A DNA stretch of 47,069 nucleotides from a virus (lineage: Duplodnaviria > Heunggongvirae > Uroviricota > Caudoviricetes). The notes beneath the pieces were generated by a model. The model ran no database searches. It was given only the letters and a program-made list of their open reading frames with translations, and was not told where the DNA came from. Made by a program: the position numbers and the translations under genes. The stretch spans positions 1 through 47,069 of IMG/VR virus record IMGVR_UViG_2778261418_000014; one strand, given 5' to 3'. Shown in pieces: positions 30,101-41,019 of the stretch (position 1 is the first letter of the stretch; each line of letters starts with the position of its first letter).

Positions 30101-30966
30101 CTTTCATCCACCAGGGGGATTTTCTCAGCCATCTCTGCCGGATGTTTGCGCATCAGCACCACATCAACAACTGTACTGGTCCCGTTTGCGTCAAAAGTAC
30201 CGGTAGGCAAGCGGTGGGCACCAAGAAATTCAGCTTTCCGTGATAGGCGCAGGCGTAACCGTTTCATGTTTGAACCTGAAACAATGGACGGCGGCACAAT
30301 CACACACATGAATCCGCCAGGTTTTATCTTGTCCAGCATGCGGAGCATGAAGTAAGACCCCATGTCCGTTTCTTCTGCGTAAGGCTTATCGATGTTGCGT
30401 GTGTTATCACGACCGCCGAACGGAACGTTACCCACAACATGGTCGAATGAATCGTTAGGCGTGTTTATAGCCAGCTGTTCGAACGGGGAAATCTGTACGC
30501 TGTCTTCCGGGTGTAACAACTGGTTTATACGACCGGAAACACTGCTGATCTCAGTCGCGGTCATCACCGTACCAACCGGTTTTGTCTCATTAAAAACGCC
30601 GGTTCCCGCCGATGGTTCCAGAGTGTTACCTACGTCCGCGCCGTAGAGCTTCATGATCTCCCAGACACCTTCAGCGATAGGCTTTGGTGTGTAATATTCG
30701 GAGACGGACCCGCCAATGCCGCCTTCACCAGTGTACCCGGCCAGGATCTGGCGCTGTTCATCTGTCAGTGTCGCGCCGTCCACCAGCGAATTAAGCAAAT
30801 CTATCGCCTTCTGATTCGCCTCCCGGCGCAGTCGGTCATAGCTTTTGCCTTCCACCTTTTCCACGCCGTATTTAATCGGCGCTCGGTGAGATGTTATTGC
30901 CCTAATGTATTTCAATATTTCGCTGACACTTGAACAGCGAAACACACCCATAGATAGCTTGTTCAT
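24199..30966 (-). CDS. darB: DarB antirestriction protein (N6-adenine methyltransferase plus DExH helicase)
   Basis: 2255 aa. Methyltransferase motifs LEPSAGTGVF and GNVPFGG in the N-terminal part; helicase Walker A GFGTGLGKTT and DEGH box further on. Confidence 0.85.
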   Translation of the reverse strand: MNKLSMGVFRCSSVSEILKYIRAITSHRAPIKYGVEKVEGKSYDRLRREANQKAIDLLNSLVDGATLTDEQRQILAGYTGEGGIGGSVSEYYTPKPIAEGVWEIMKLYGADVGNTLEPSAGTGVFNETKPVGTVMTATEISSVSGRINQLLHPEDSVQISPFEQLAINTPNDSFDHVVGNVPFGGRDNTRNIDKPYAEETDMGSYFMLRMLDKIKPGGFMCVIVPPSIVSGSNMKRLRLRLSRKAEFLGAHRLPTGTFDANGTSTVVDVVLMRKHPAEMAEKIPLVDESTLESANVLWPTFISGKWFEKDGRRFVHGTQEKGFQGRIEVRADGQIDNQALKAKLIHRFESRIDWSLLDMAEPSPTADVVGEGEMRLINGVWQKYAGGRWIEADAGKELKIDAASYGADSWEALQRNLTTTEGRLGMTFTQMANVRDKYTTSISDDMVQLVDWINSQPEKYRERLYRGAMIGRMLIEYQDMKAAGHSAEQIEQQRLSLVSRLQAEIDRFGNPGRGPIAKLSGSGARAWFAFRGAIKLDGTISDELTGKLVTHDSSASYDSTSYQDTLRYLYSDLTRDPIQLDDFRLAFTGELPASDDELLNLLASTPGIAVSPYGGIVPFARATSGDINEIVAPKQEFLATLPDGPVKNNVLNQLAAIEEKRIKTPAENIRFKLNSRWFDRSVILEFLQENGYPDLRYVQSVQLEGDEMVSDTYHGGDGLFVGHRYGVVQRKDKETGEIRYEWDRKSGENATGFPAQLEKYLNGARIGGKDSATANGYREQMALLEDQFNKWIKTHDRYDELVAKYNDVFNSNIPYEHSGDPLGLKGLSGKRQPFDYQNSEVRRLSEDGRGILGFGTGLGKTTTALALEAFNYENGRSTRTAYVVPKSVLENWYYEAKEFLSEEAFSNYLFVGLDVLMDGDQIRQVQVLDENGKPVLGTDGTPVMRDALKLADEATITARMNAIPHSNYRAVVFTKEQYARIPLRDDTVDEHAQDMLYDFVAAGRVASAMDSDSHRKEAARRRVLSEYSDTGTEKAEKYPYFEDMGFDSVIADEGHNYRNSYKNGREASQLAYLPTSAVAQSARDMAIKNAYLMKKNGGRGPVLLTATPVVNTPIDAYNMLSHVLPKEYWQNMGIYGPDDFVKFFGKTRLETVQKISGEVEEKMALVGFENLDALRGIFHRWVTLKTAEDVKDTVEIPELDEHQQDAPLTEEQLAAYEELRQQAEAAAKANNGVTTSVNEDGVIEHEKARPIFSIIRDMDRVCTDMDLYYRRITYRFLPEYADAVQQLADSLPKQATSEDDDSDDSITQQSQYSLIDKGEFIQLQVPEAFEQEVNKRLARFGIDEQTVTHPVTPKYAKLIATLKEFFPEGKQIIFTDEKTQHQKLKRIICNALNLEPSKVGILNAQTVAEAGKTGKKLKAVKPPKELPDEPTDAQIAKYNEQMALYDAYIAQQNEMSLGGLEKIAADFQEGRTPIIICNKKAEVGINLHRGTTDIHHLTLPWTPASIAQRNGRGARVGSNRASVRVHYYCGKGSFDEYRLKTLKRKAGWISDILRSDKSEMENADANDMIEMQMYTAKDDGERLAMMQVQMDKAKAAKRARQKEQATIDLQNYIKAQHAAGEDVEVLTAELERSKAELEKTTADVAKFKQAVMAKAADNADWKARWGSVHHTDRMLLAQYRASLKSAIQRKANISQAISRYEKLLNRTQKAATDIKRLRPLVEDAINKGILDVDPDLVNHANEFLVIGDRSWRVGQYYDCAGDIVRIKSLDFDSQRADVEIIFTFKGTKSGNWDVKTLDKQVDVTPDEDAVMQKISGGVSIAGINDIVSCDDFYRFQQRGMIKITDSYGVQTTESGYSIDFVGTYTDPLKHAVYPDRRDGALKSSIAKWVLGMMSEGNNRQIRSAEAFLVELFGSNYGDVIASYGDTLSPEALQEKIADAIARMPEKTSQGATRNGDSELEVTNAIFGTNEFRASDYEITTAQFGTIGIYSNKAEIKQAMDAASARIAAEREANLNHAVAALTQSWVTAIREAATTGKITPAIADVVNDGSKFMDAYQMDAVKLPSAYGQLSYRMTYNLVSMFSDLAILGLVDLNEVTPELLSMRKNHVEILQRINTVLAGRTDEEKQADADRINLALGNITEEEIAARNEKQEELSSIQGDATSIAQSLGLNYRVSTADLKMMYAPKFAAGEVFGLQEASGMKGVLFRAKDAIKAKFGARWLPAKAKNSDFPGNWWIIETKHNVADVLAVIQQYA

Positions 30967-30977
30967 TGGTAATCCTT

Positions 30978-30992
30978 AACAAGTGACTAGTG
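30978..30992 (+). promoter_or_regulatory. ACAAGTGACT promoter-like motif upstream of prt, in the divergent darB/prt region
   Basis: AACAAGTGACTAGTG, about 50 bp upstream of the prt ATG. Confidence 0.35.
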
Positions 30993-31032
30993 TTAAATTC
31001 CGTTCAAACACGATGCGAATTATTCTAATTAA

Positions 31033-33763
<2,731 letters not shown>

Positions 33764-33774
33764 CCACCAAAAAT

Positions 33775-33797
33775 AACCCCGGCGGCTGCCGGGGTTA
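33775..33797. terminator. Bidirectional terminator hairpin between pro and the holin-like gene
   Basis: taaccccggc-ggct-gccggggtta. Confidence 0.5.
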
Positions 33798-33807
33798 TCG
33801 TTAACTA

Positions 33808-34062
33808 TTATCGCCTTCGCCTGCGTGCCATATATTTGCGCACCGCGCGGCGTGGACAATCTGAAGCGGTTTCTTTCTGCTGCATCAATCTTGCAGCCAT
33901 GCTCAAAAATGTCAGGCACAGTCGAAGCCCAGCATACAATAGCGGTTCCAGTGGCCACGTCTCATTGAGCACATATACCGCCATGAAAATCGAGTCGAAA
34001 ACTATCGCCGCCAGCGATAACTTCATTGTCGAAAGTCGGCGGAGCTGCCGGAGTTTATTCAT
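33808..34062 (-). CDS. Holin-like small membrane protein (P1 lydD/lydE position)
   Basis: 84 aa with two hydrophobic segments and a highly basic C-terminus (RKYMARRRRR). It overlaps the lyz stop. Confidence 0.45.
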   Translation of the reverse strand: MNKLRQLRRLSTMKLSLAAIVFDSIFMAVYVLNETWPLEPLLYAGLRLCLTFLSMAARLMQQKETASDCPRRAVRKYMARRRRR

Positions 34063-34612
34063 TGATCAGCCCCGTCAGGCAAAGCTGGCGTTCTTTTTCA
34101 CGGCGAATCTTTAAACCTCGCAGGGGCACGCCGTTACTGTTCACAAAATCAGGGAGATGGTTACACATATTTACCCATTCCCCTTTCTGCGCCCACTTGT
34201 GGATGGACGTTTCGACTCGCATGCCTCGCGCTTTGCTGTAGTAGGTCCGTAAGCTATTGCATCCCATATTGAATGCCGCGCTTGTCATTGCACTGAAGGC
34301 ATTATCGGGCATGTCTTTGCCCCGAAAGTGCTGATTAATACAGCGTTCAGCGATCAGGATATTCTTTTCCCAATCAGCGGCGATTTGCTGGTCGGTTTTT
34401 CGCACACCCGGCGTTACCCCGTGTGTATTACCGATCCCGTCAGTCCATACCCCCGCCGGGCACATGTATGGATCACGTCGGCAACCTTCAGCGTTACCAA
34501 TCAGCTCAAGCCCCGCCTGGTTGGTTCGCACATTGCCATTACCCATCACGATGGTAATCATCACCGCGATAGCGCAAATTGCACCGCCTCCTGCGGCTGT
34601 TTTTCCCTTCAT
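34055..34612 (-). CDS. lyz: SAR endolysin Lyz
   Basis: 185 aa from MKGKTAAGGGAICAIAVMITIVMGNGNV (N-terminal signal-anchor-release domain), with a lysozyme catalytic region. The track ORF extends upstream to 34711. Confidence 0.85.
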   Translation of the reverse strand: MKGKTAAGGGAICAIAVMITIVMGNGNVRTNQAGLELIGNAEGCRRDPYMCPAGVWTDGIGNTHGVTPGVRKTDQQIAADWEKNILIAERCINQHFRGKDMPDNAFSAMTSAAFNMGCNSLRTYYSKARGMRVETSIHKWAQKGEWVNMCNHLPDFVNSNGVPLRGLKIRREKERQLCLTGLINE

Positions 34613-34711
34613 AAAGACCTCATAAGCGAATTTTTTACGCTCCAGGACAAACACCCATTCACAGCCAATACCGACTGACTCGATCCCTTTAGAAGACACA
34701 GGATAATGCAA

Positions 34712-34722
34712 ATCACTTGTTA
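34712..34722 (-). promoter_or_regulatory. AACAAGTGATT motif upstream of lyz
   Basis: Reverse complement of aatcacttgtt. It shares the ACAAGTGA core with the mat and prt upstream elements. Confidence 0.3.
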
Positions 34723-34745
34723 GCTACGTTTCAAAGATATACATT

Positions 34746-34762
34746 ATTGCTCTAATTAATTT
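34746..34762 (+). promoter_or_regulatory. C1 operator upstream of ssb
   Basis: ATTGCTCTAATTAATTT matches the consensus at 15 of 17 positions. Confidence 0.65.
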
Positions 34763-34781
34763 ATTTTATTGGGTAAGAAAA

Positions 34782-35270
34782 GTGGCACAACGCGGTGTAA
34801 ACAAAGTCATCCTGATTGGTACCCTGGGGCAAGACCCGGAGATCAGGTATATACCAAATGGCGGAACGGTCGGAAGACTAAGCATCGCAACAAATGAATC
34901 ATGGCGCGACAAGCAAACGGGCCAACAGAAAGAGCAAACAGAATGGCATAGAGTCGTTTTGTTCGGGAAACTTGCTGAAATTGCGAGTGAGTATTTACGA
35001 AAAGGTTCTCAGGTCTACATCGAAGGGAAACTTAAAACCCGTAAGTGGACAGATGACGCCGGTGTAGATCGTTACACGACGGAAATTATCGTCAGCCAGG
35101 GCGGCACCATGCAAATGATCGGCGCTCGCCGCGACGATTCACAATTCTCAAATGGCTGGGGGCAGTCAAACCAACCTCAAAACCACCAGCAATACAGCGG
35201 TGGCAGTAAACCTCAGAGCAACGCCAATAGCGAACCTCCAATGGACTTTGAAGACGATATTCCATTTTGA
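34782..35270 (+). CDS. ssb: Single-stranded DNA-binding protein
   Basis: Begins [23 protein letters not shown], contains [14 protein letters not shown], ends with the acidic tail MDFEDDIPF. Confidence 0.95.
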   Translation: MAQRGVNKVILIGTLGQDPEIRYIPNGGTVGRLSIATNESWRDKQTGQQKEQTEWHRVVLFGKLAEIASEYLRKGSQVYIEGKLKTRKWTDDAGVDRYTTEIIVSQGGTMQMIGARRDDSQFSNGWGQSNQPQNHQQYSGGSKPQSNANSEPPMDFEDDIPF

Positions 35271-35320
35271 GAGGGCTGAAAGTTGCTCGATTACTTAAAA
35301 ATAACTTTACCTAATTGGTG

Positions 35321-35347
35321 TAAAAAAATGGGCGCAACAAAGCGCCC
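35321..35347 (-). terminator. Terminator for the porin transcript
   Basis: gggcgc-aacaaa-gcgccc preceded on the plus strand by an A-run, giving a U-tract on the minus strand. Confidence 0.45.
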
Positions 35348-35503
35348 CAACAATAGAGTTTCAAATTAATAAAAAGGTAATAAATAACATGAAGTTAAAT
35401 TGAGAAGAGGCAATTTTATTGCCTCTTCAAAGGTGGCATGAGGGTGCCACCTATATGCGGGCAGTGACATCACTCCCTTCCCGCATATTCTTACCTACCA
35501 AAA

Positions 35504-36619
35504 TTAGAATTGGTAGGTCATACCAACAGCAACGATGTTGTCGGTTGCAACCTCAGATGTTTTGGTAAATTCACTTTCATCAATCAGGTTGATCTTGTAG
35601 TCAACGAAAGCGGACATATTTTTGTTAAAGTAATAAGTCGCGCCCACGTCGATGTATTCAACCAGATCCTGGTTACCGAACGCACCAATATTTTCACCGC
35701 GAGAGTGTAGGTAAGCGATGGACGGACGCAGGCCGAAATCAAACTGGTATTGAGCAACGGCTTCAAAGTTTTTCGCCTTGTTCGCGATATGGTCATCACC
35801 GAAGACTGTCATATTCTGAGTTTCAGAATAAGTTGTAGCCAGGTAAATGTTGTTTGCATCATATTTCAGGCCCGTAGCCCATACTTCAGCAGTTTTACCA
35901 GAGGCATTCAGATTCAGAGGGGCTTTAGCATAGGATACCTGTCCATCAGTACGGTCAGATTTTGCATAAGTTGCGCCAATGCCAAATCCTTCATAATCAT
36001 AAGTAGCTGACAGACCGAAGCCATCACCATTAGATTCAACTACGTCGCGGCCTTTCCAGTTGTTCACTTTTGCAGCACTATCATTTTTACCCTGATACTG
36101 CAAAGCAAAGTTCAGACCATCAACCAAGCCGAAGAAATCATTGTTACGATAGGTCGCGACGCCAGTAGCACGCTGGGTCATAAATACATCAGTCTGAGTC
36201 CAGGTATCTCCACCAAACTCCGGCAGCACGTCAGTCCAAGCGCCAACATCATACGCTACACCGTAGTTGCGACCATAGTCGAGCGAACCATAATCGCCAA
36301 AGCGAAGCCCTGCAAACGCAAGACGAGTTTTATCTTTATCAGAACCTTCAGTTTCAGTACGGTTACCTTTAAATTCGTACTCCCACTGACCAAAACCGGT
36401 TAACTGGTCATTAATCTGAGTTTCACCTTTGAAACCCATACGAGCATAAGTTTTATCCCCGTCATCACTAGCTGAAGAAGAGAAGTAATGCTCTGCATTA
36501 ACTTTGCCGTACAGATCCAGTTTGTTACCGTCTTTGTTATAGATTTCTGCCGCTTGTGCAGACATTGCCATCAGGACTGATGCTGCAACCGCAGAAAGTG
36601 CCACTGTGATTTTTTTCAT
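35504..36619 (-). CDS. General porin of the OmpC/NmpC/Lc family
   Basis: Signal peptide [23 protein letters not shown], then [23 protein letters not shown], and the C-terminal VAVGMTYQF. Confidence 0.9.
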   Translation of the reverse strand: MKKITVALSAVAASVLMAMSAQAAEIYNKDGNKLDLYGKVNAEHYFSSSASDDGDKTYARMGFKGETQINDQLTGFGQWEYEFKGNRTETEGSDKDKTRLAFAGLRFGDYGSLDYGRNYGVAYDVGAWTDVLPEFGGDTWTQTDVFMTQRATGVATYRNNDFFGLVDGLNFALQYQGKNDSAAKVNNWKGRDVVESNGDGFGLSATYDYEGFGIGATYAKSDRTDGQVSYAKAPLNLNASGKTAEVWATGLKYDANNIYLATTYSETQNMTVFGDDHIANKAKNFEAVAQYQFDFGLRPSIAYLHSRGENIGAFGNQDLVEYIDVGATYYFNKNMSAFVDYKINLIDESEFTKTSEVATDNIVAVGMTYQF

Positions 36620-36730
36620 TTTTTTGCCCTTTAGATTGAACTTTTCAGTAGAAAAGAGGTCACTGCGGACAAATGTTTATCTTTTTTGGATTCGTGTTTC
36701 AAGTTTTGCAAATAAAAATCAAGGTATTTT

Positions 36731-36746
36731 TGTGATCAAAATCACA
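36731..36746. promoter_or_regulatory. CRP-like binding site upstream of the porin gene
   Basis: TGTGA-tcaaaa-TCACA is a perfect TGTGA-N6-TCACA core, about 115 bp upstream of the porin ATG. Confidence 0.35.
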
Positions 36747-37358
36747 AATAATAACCTTGAAAACCCAATGGACTATTAGAAAAATCTCAATTCACAGAAT
36801 AAAAATTGACAAAATAGAACAAAACACAATCAACAATAAGCACAAAAGACAAACAATTAAATTAGCACAAAAATAATAACTGCAAAAATAGATAGTCTGT
36901 TAATTAATAGGGTTTTAATGGATGTGGATTTGAAATCTACTTAAAAAGTAGAGTCAAATTAATTACTGTCGATTGGGTATTAAACTGAATCTATATTGTG
37001 AGAGTTAAAGACGATGTGTTTTAGTTATACATGTTATTCCCTAAAATGGAGTAGTCTCATCGAATTCTGATTAATAACGAGCTAAGCCAATTCATTTTAG
37101 TATGTGTATATCTTTACCCTCTGAATATGCAATGACGAAGAGATATTAAACAATATGTAGCTTCAGGATTGACTCTGGAAGAATTAAAAGATCGGCTAAA
37201 GTGTTCAATATGTGGTGAGCGAAACGCAAAAATTAAAATTTTTTGATCTAACATATTAGGCAATAGCTTGCTTCCATAACCTAAAGCAAGCCACTACGCG
37301 TTTACTTTAAGTACACAATTAACATATCAGAACAGATTATTTGTGCACTATCAGGGAG

Positions 37359-37664
37359 TTAATATACGATCTGGTCTACATGATCCCCAAAATCATCGTC
37401 GTCCTCATCGCCACCCTCTACTGCTGGCCAATCGACAAACCAGCCAGCGTAAAGATGCAGCGTTCGGAGAACATCACTTGCGGGAGCATCAAGGGTGTTA
37501 ACGAATCCCATATAGCTATTGGGATTTGCCCCAGCTATGGCTTCAGCGATCATGTCCTCGGTAATGTCACCGGAGATAATGCTTAAACGCCCGGAAACTT
37601 CTTCATTATCATCAAATTCGATAATGGCATCTCCGCCTAATGGCGCTGCGATTTTAATCTGCAT
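37359..37664 (-). CDS. hxr: Hxr-like protein, last gene of the darA operon
   Basis: 101-aa acidic ORF overlapping the ddrB stop. Confidence 0.45.
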   Translation of the reverse strand: MQIKIAAPLGGDAIIEFDDNEEVSGRLSIISGDITEDMIAEAIAGANPNSYMGFVNTLDAPASDVLRTLHLYAGWFVDWPAVEGGDEDDDDFGDHVDQIVY

Positions 37665-40641
37665 TATTTAGCTCCTTTGCCACACCTAATAACAGTTCCA
37701 GCAATCCGTCACCATTCATCAGTGATGCGGCAGCGGCCTCTTTGTCATGATACAACTGAAGAGCCATAGAGAATACTTCCGTTGCTGATGTTTTTGAAAT
37801 AGTCGGTGCTTTCTGCCGAATTTTCCCGGAGTTACTCACTGAGGCTGGCGGGTATACCTTCGCCATATAAATATTACTCAATCGAGATCTGAAGCACCAT
37901 TCAGGCTTGCCACGCCCACCGATATTAACGAAAGATGGCTTATCCCCTTCAACATTGGCCTTCAGGAATGACCGGGCTTTCTCTAACAAACCAGGGTTAC
38001 TGTACTCAAGATGATGACCCAGCTCGTGCCACAGTGCACTTGCATTTTCATCGTTCAAATTGACAGCAACAACACCATTAAGATTTGCATATGCCCTTCC
38101 CTGGTGGTGAACCACCTTTGATAAGGTCGAAATTTTACCGCCGGTCAGGCGATAAATATCAGCAAGTTCCTTGCGCAGGTCTATCCCACCATTCTGTCCA
38201 GCGCGGGCTTCTTCCACTTCTTCCGTGATAAAAGAGTCGGCCCACTCAAGAGCTTTTTCTTCAGATACGGATGAGTTTGCGATCGCACTGTTCATGGCAG
38301 ATAACACTTTCTCGTGGACCGAACCCATACTTCGCTGATTCATTTGCCAGCGTGTCTGCGGGTTATATGAGAATCGCTTAAGTAGTTGGTCAAGCTGCTC
38401 AAGTTCTTCTTCACTGACATACCTTTTAGCCTCACCAATAATGCCAGGGAGAATATTGCCGTTAGGATTAAACGCTCGCGAAAGGAAGAGTTTCAGCGCC
38501 CCCATGCCCTCCGATGCTTCAATATCACCAATAACCCGGTTAACAATGGCCGCACTCTTCGGATTAGCATCCGCCAATGCTCTGGCTACAATTTGCAGGG
38601 ACGATACGACCTCACGCTGCATATCCGTCCTGATCTCATCAATAAACTCTGGCGTTATACCGTGCTCTTTAAGGATATCCCTGCCTTCCGCCGTTACCCC
38701 ATCGATATCACCGACATGTTTATTAACCCGACTTTGCAATGCCTTAAATGCCTTCAGAATTCCACGGGCATCATCCGCTTTACTAACGGCCTTCCTGAAT
38801 GCTGGCAAGAAGTCTGAGTTAACCTCATTTTGTTGATCGGCCCACTGAATGGAGGCTTCTTTCATCTCGTCCAGAGTCAGATCACCCAACGCGGTATGGT
38901 CTGTGAATATGAGCGACAACCTCTGAACCATTTCTGCCAATGGTGATGCCGAATGCGCCGCGCTAAGGAATGCTTTCACCCTGGTTGGGCGAATGGAAAA
39001 CCAGTCAATAGCTGGTGGCATATCTCCGTTTTTTATCGCCTGCGCTATCTCGTCAAAGCCATCGCGCCCAAGGGAGGATGCGTGATTTAACAAGCCGCGA
39101 AGTAACGAATTGCTGATACCGAATAATCGGCACCATTTTTTCACGTCGGCAACAGGCATTCGAACAAAATGCGCAAGCACTTGAACAAGCTGTTCATCCT
39201 GGGGATCTGTACGGGAAAGCAGCCTGATCAGATGAATAATGTCTTTGATGCCGGATGCCCGATGTAATAGCAAACTGGTATATGGAGCAACACCGTTGTA
39301 ACTACCGCCGGAAACGGACTCGAAAAGACCGCCGGATATCCCTTGCATGCCTTCGTTTTCCAGTTCCTGAGACACCTGGCGAAGGATATCCTGTAACGAC
39401 ACATCACCACCGCCAAACATATCCCCCAGCGCCTGGCACTGGTGCTGTAACTCATCATTGATACGTTGAGCCATCAATTTAAAGGCGGTGGCCATACGCT
39501 TCGCGCTACGGTTATTCGCGACGATGAATAACGCGAGAGCTTTCACTTCCGGGGCTGTTTCGCTGAACATATCCCCCTGAGCAATAACATCGGTAATATG
39601 TTGGCCTGACTCCTTCGATTGCCTTACCAGGTCTACCGCATCTTTCAATGCCGCCAGCGCCTTTTTATCGAGACTATCCGCTGTCTCAATACCATCAACA
39701 ATAGTTGTCACAGCCTGCTTGTGCGCTTCACCTGATAAAGCCTGCATCTGGACAAAATCATTGGCTGCCGCATTAAGCGACGTCAGAACATTACGCATAT
39801 CTGGATCAGGTTCTTCTGCAACCATCCTTACCAGGCGCGCATCCTTATATGCCTTGGCAAAGATCGCGTTTTGTATACGGTCTACAAGTTGCCGTGTTGG
39901 TCGCCCATCTTCCGTTACAAGGCCAGCAGCCTGTGTGGCACCAACTTGCGTCATGAATCCGCGGATAAACGCGTCATTACTGCGGCTAAGCAGATCTCCG
40001 CTTTCTGACGGGTTAAACAGCGCCATCATCGCCGAAGTTATGTTGTCGGCATCAACAAAAGCCTTTTCACTGGCTGCCATTTCCTGAAGATCAGAAATAT
40101 TTGAGTCCTTGGCAAACTGAACGCGGTCAACCTTAGTTAACCGGCGGCGCACCAGTACCGGAGCCGCCATTGATTCAACCTTTTCAGGTCGTATGCCGAA
40201 TTCGGTCGCATGATCAATCAGGTACTCACGATACCGATCCGCATTGCCGTCCTGATAGGCTTTGATGATCCCCATGGTCCGTCCATTACCTGACTCAACG
40301 GCATTGTCCTCACCAATTATCGGCGCTCCATGGCTGGATAAACCGGAATCGGTAAGCTGAGCAGGCCGCAAATCCTTGGATATCTGGTTAACCTGAAGAA
40401 GGCTGGATGCGCGGGTCCGGTCGCGCGGCTGAAGTTCCTGGGGATAGTCCGGATTAATTTTCCCGTCCAGAGTATTGGATACCAAAAGAGCTGAGGCATC
40501 GACGATATCAAACGCTGTTTTTACCTCGTCTCCCTTCGCTGTCACCACATACGAAACCCGCCCGAAATCGGGCAGGTTTTTTAGCAGCTCGATCAGCGTT
40601 TCTATGCTGGTGGCCATTACCACCTGATCGCTTAAGCTCAT
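37654..40641 (-). CDS. ddrB: DdrB-like internal head / antirestriction protein
   Basis: 995-aa ORF downstream of ddrA and darA in the same operon. Confidence 0.55.
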   Translation of the reverse strand: MSLSDQVVMATSIETLIELLKNLPDFGRVSYVVTAKGDEVKTAFDIVDASALLVSNTLDGKINPDYPQELQPRDRTRASSLLQVNQISKDLRPAQLTDSGLSSHGAPIIGEDNAVESGNGRTMGIIKAYQDGNADRYREYLIDHATEFGIRPEKVESMAAPVLVRRRLTKVDRVQFAKDSNISDLQEMAASEKAFVDADNITSAMMALFNPSESGDLLSRSNDAFIRGFMTQVGATQAAGLVTEDGRPTRQLVDRIQNAIFAKAYKDARLVRMVAEEPDPDMRNVLTSLNAAANDFVQMQALSGEAHKQAVTTIVDGIETADSLDKKALAALKDAVDLVRQSKESGQHITDVIAQGDMFSETAPEVKALALFIVANNRSAKRMATAFKLMAQRINDELQHQCQALGDMFGGGDVSLQDILRQVSQELENEGMQGISGGLFESVSGGSYNGVAPYTSLLLHRASGIKDIIHLIRLLSRTDPQDEQLVQVLAHFVRMPVADVKKWCRLFGISNSLLRGLLNHASSLGRDGFDEIAQAIKNGDMPPAIDWFSIRPTRVKAFLSAAHSASPLAEMVQRLSLIFTDHTALGDLTLDEMKEASIQWADQQNEVNSDFLPAFRKAVSKADDARGILKAFKALQSRVNKHVGDIDGVTAEGRDILKEHGITPEFIDEIRTDMQREVVSSLQIVARALADANPKSAAIVNRVIGDIEASEGMGALKLFLSRAFNPNGNILPGIIGEAKRYVSEEELEQLDQLLKRFSYNPQTRWQMNQRSMGSVHEKVLSAMNSAIANSSVSEEKALEWADSFITEEVEEARAGQNGGIDLRKELADIYRLTGGKISTLSKVVHHQGRAYANLNGVVAVNLNDENASALWHELGHHLEYSNPGLLEKARSFLKANVEGDKPSFVNIGGRGKPEWCFRSRLSNIYMAKVYPPASVSNSGKIRQKAPTISKTSATEVFSMALQLYHDKEAAAASLMNGDGLLELLLGVAKELNNAD

Positions 40642-40653
40642 CCCTGTTACGCC

Positions 40654-41019
40654 TTATGCTGCCTCTTTAATGTTGGCGGCTATCCATGCCGCCGTGTGCT
40701 GTTTAACCTGGTCCAGGTCGATGTATGTGCCAACATATTGACTCAAGTCCTGTAACGTACCGATAAATGCATCAGTGCTCTGATCGACGAATTTATCAGC
40801 CAGGAATTCAGCAACCAGTTTTGGCACACCATCATGTTCCGAAGGTTGTTTTTCTTCGCCACTACCGCCGCCAGACGCGCCGTACCCCATCTGTTGCATG
40901 ATCTGGTCAATTTCATCGCTGATATCCAGCAACTCCATGCCACTCGCGGTAGCCGCTTTGGACATCAGAGCATCCAACTTATCGCTGAGGTCCATTAACT
41001 CAATCGCTGATAGTGTCAT
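40654..41019 (-). CDS. ddrA: DdrA-like protein
   Basis: 121-aa acidic ORF overlapping the darA stop. Confidence 0.5.
   Translation of the reverse strand: MTLSAIELMDLSDKLDALMSKAATASGMELLDISDEIDQIMQQMGYGASGGGSGEEKQPSEHDGVPKLVAEFLADKFVDQSTDAFIGTLQDLSQYVGTYIDLDQVKQHTAAWIAANIKEAA

Noticed and set aside
24330-30646. Numerous plus-strand ORFs (for example 27232..27759, 175 aa) overlapping darB
   Set aside because: Nested within the 2255-aa darB frame on the opposite strand; no RBS and no recognisable domains.
34613-34711. N-terminal extension of lyz given in the ORF track (start at 34711)
   Set aside because: The lysozyme with its SAR domain begins at MKGKTAAGGG. The extension would bury the signal-anchor segment and runs into the ssb/lyz divergent control region.
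37136-37246. Short open frame ending ...LEELKDRLKCSICGERNAKIKIF with a CxxC motif, upstream of the porin
   Set aside because: No in-frame ATG (only a TTG 25 codons from the stop) and no SD. It could be a relic of a displaced gene but is too short to support.
36620-37340. AT-rich 720-bp ORF-free region, considered as a possible IS remnant, origin or CRISPR leader
   Set aside because: No terminal inverted repeats, direct repeats with spacers, iterons or DnaA-box arrays were found. It is better explained as the porin regulatory region.
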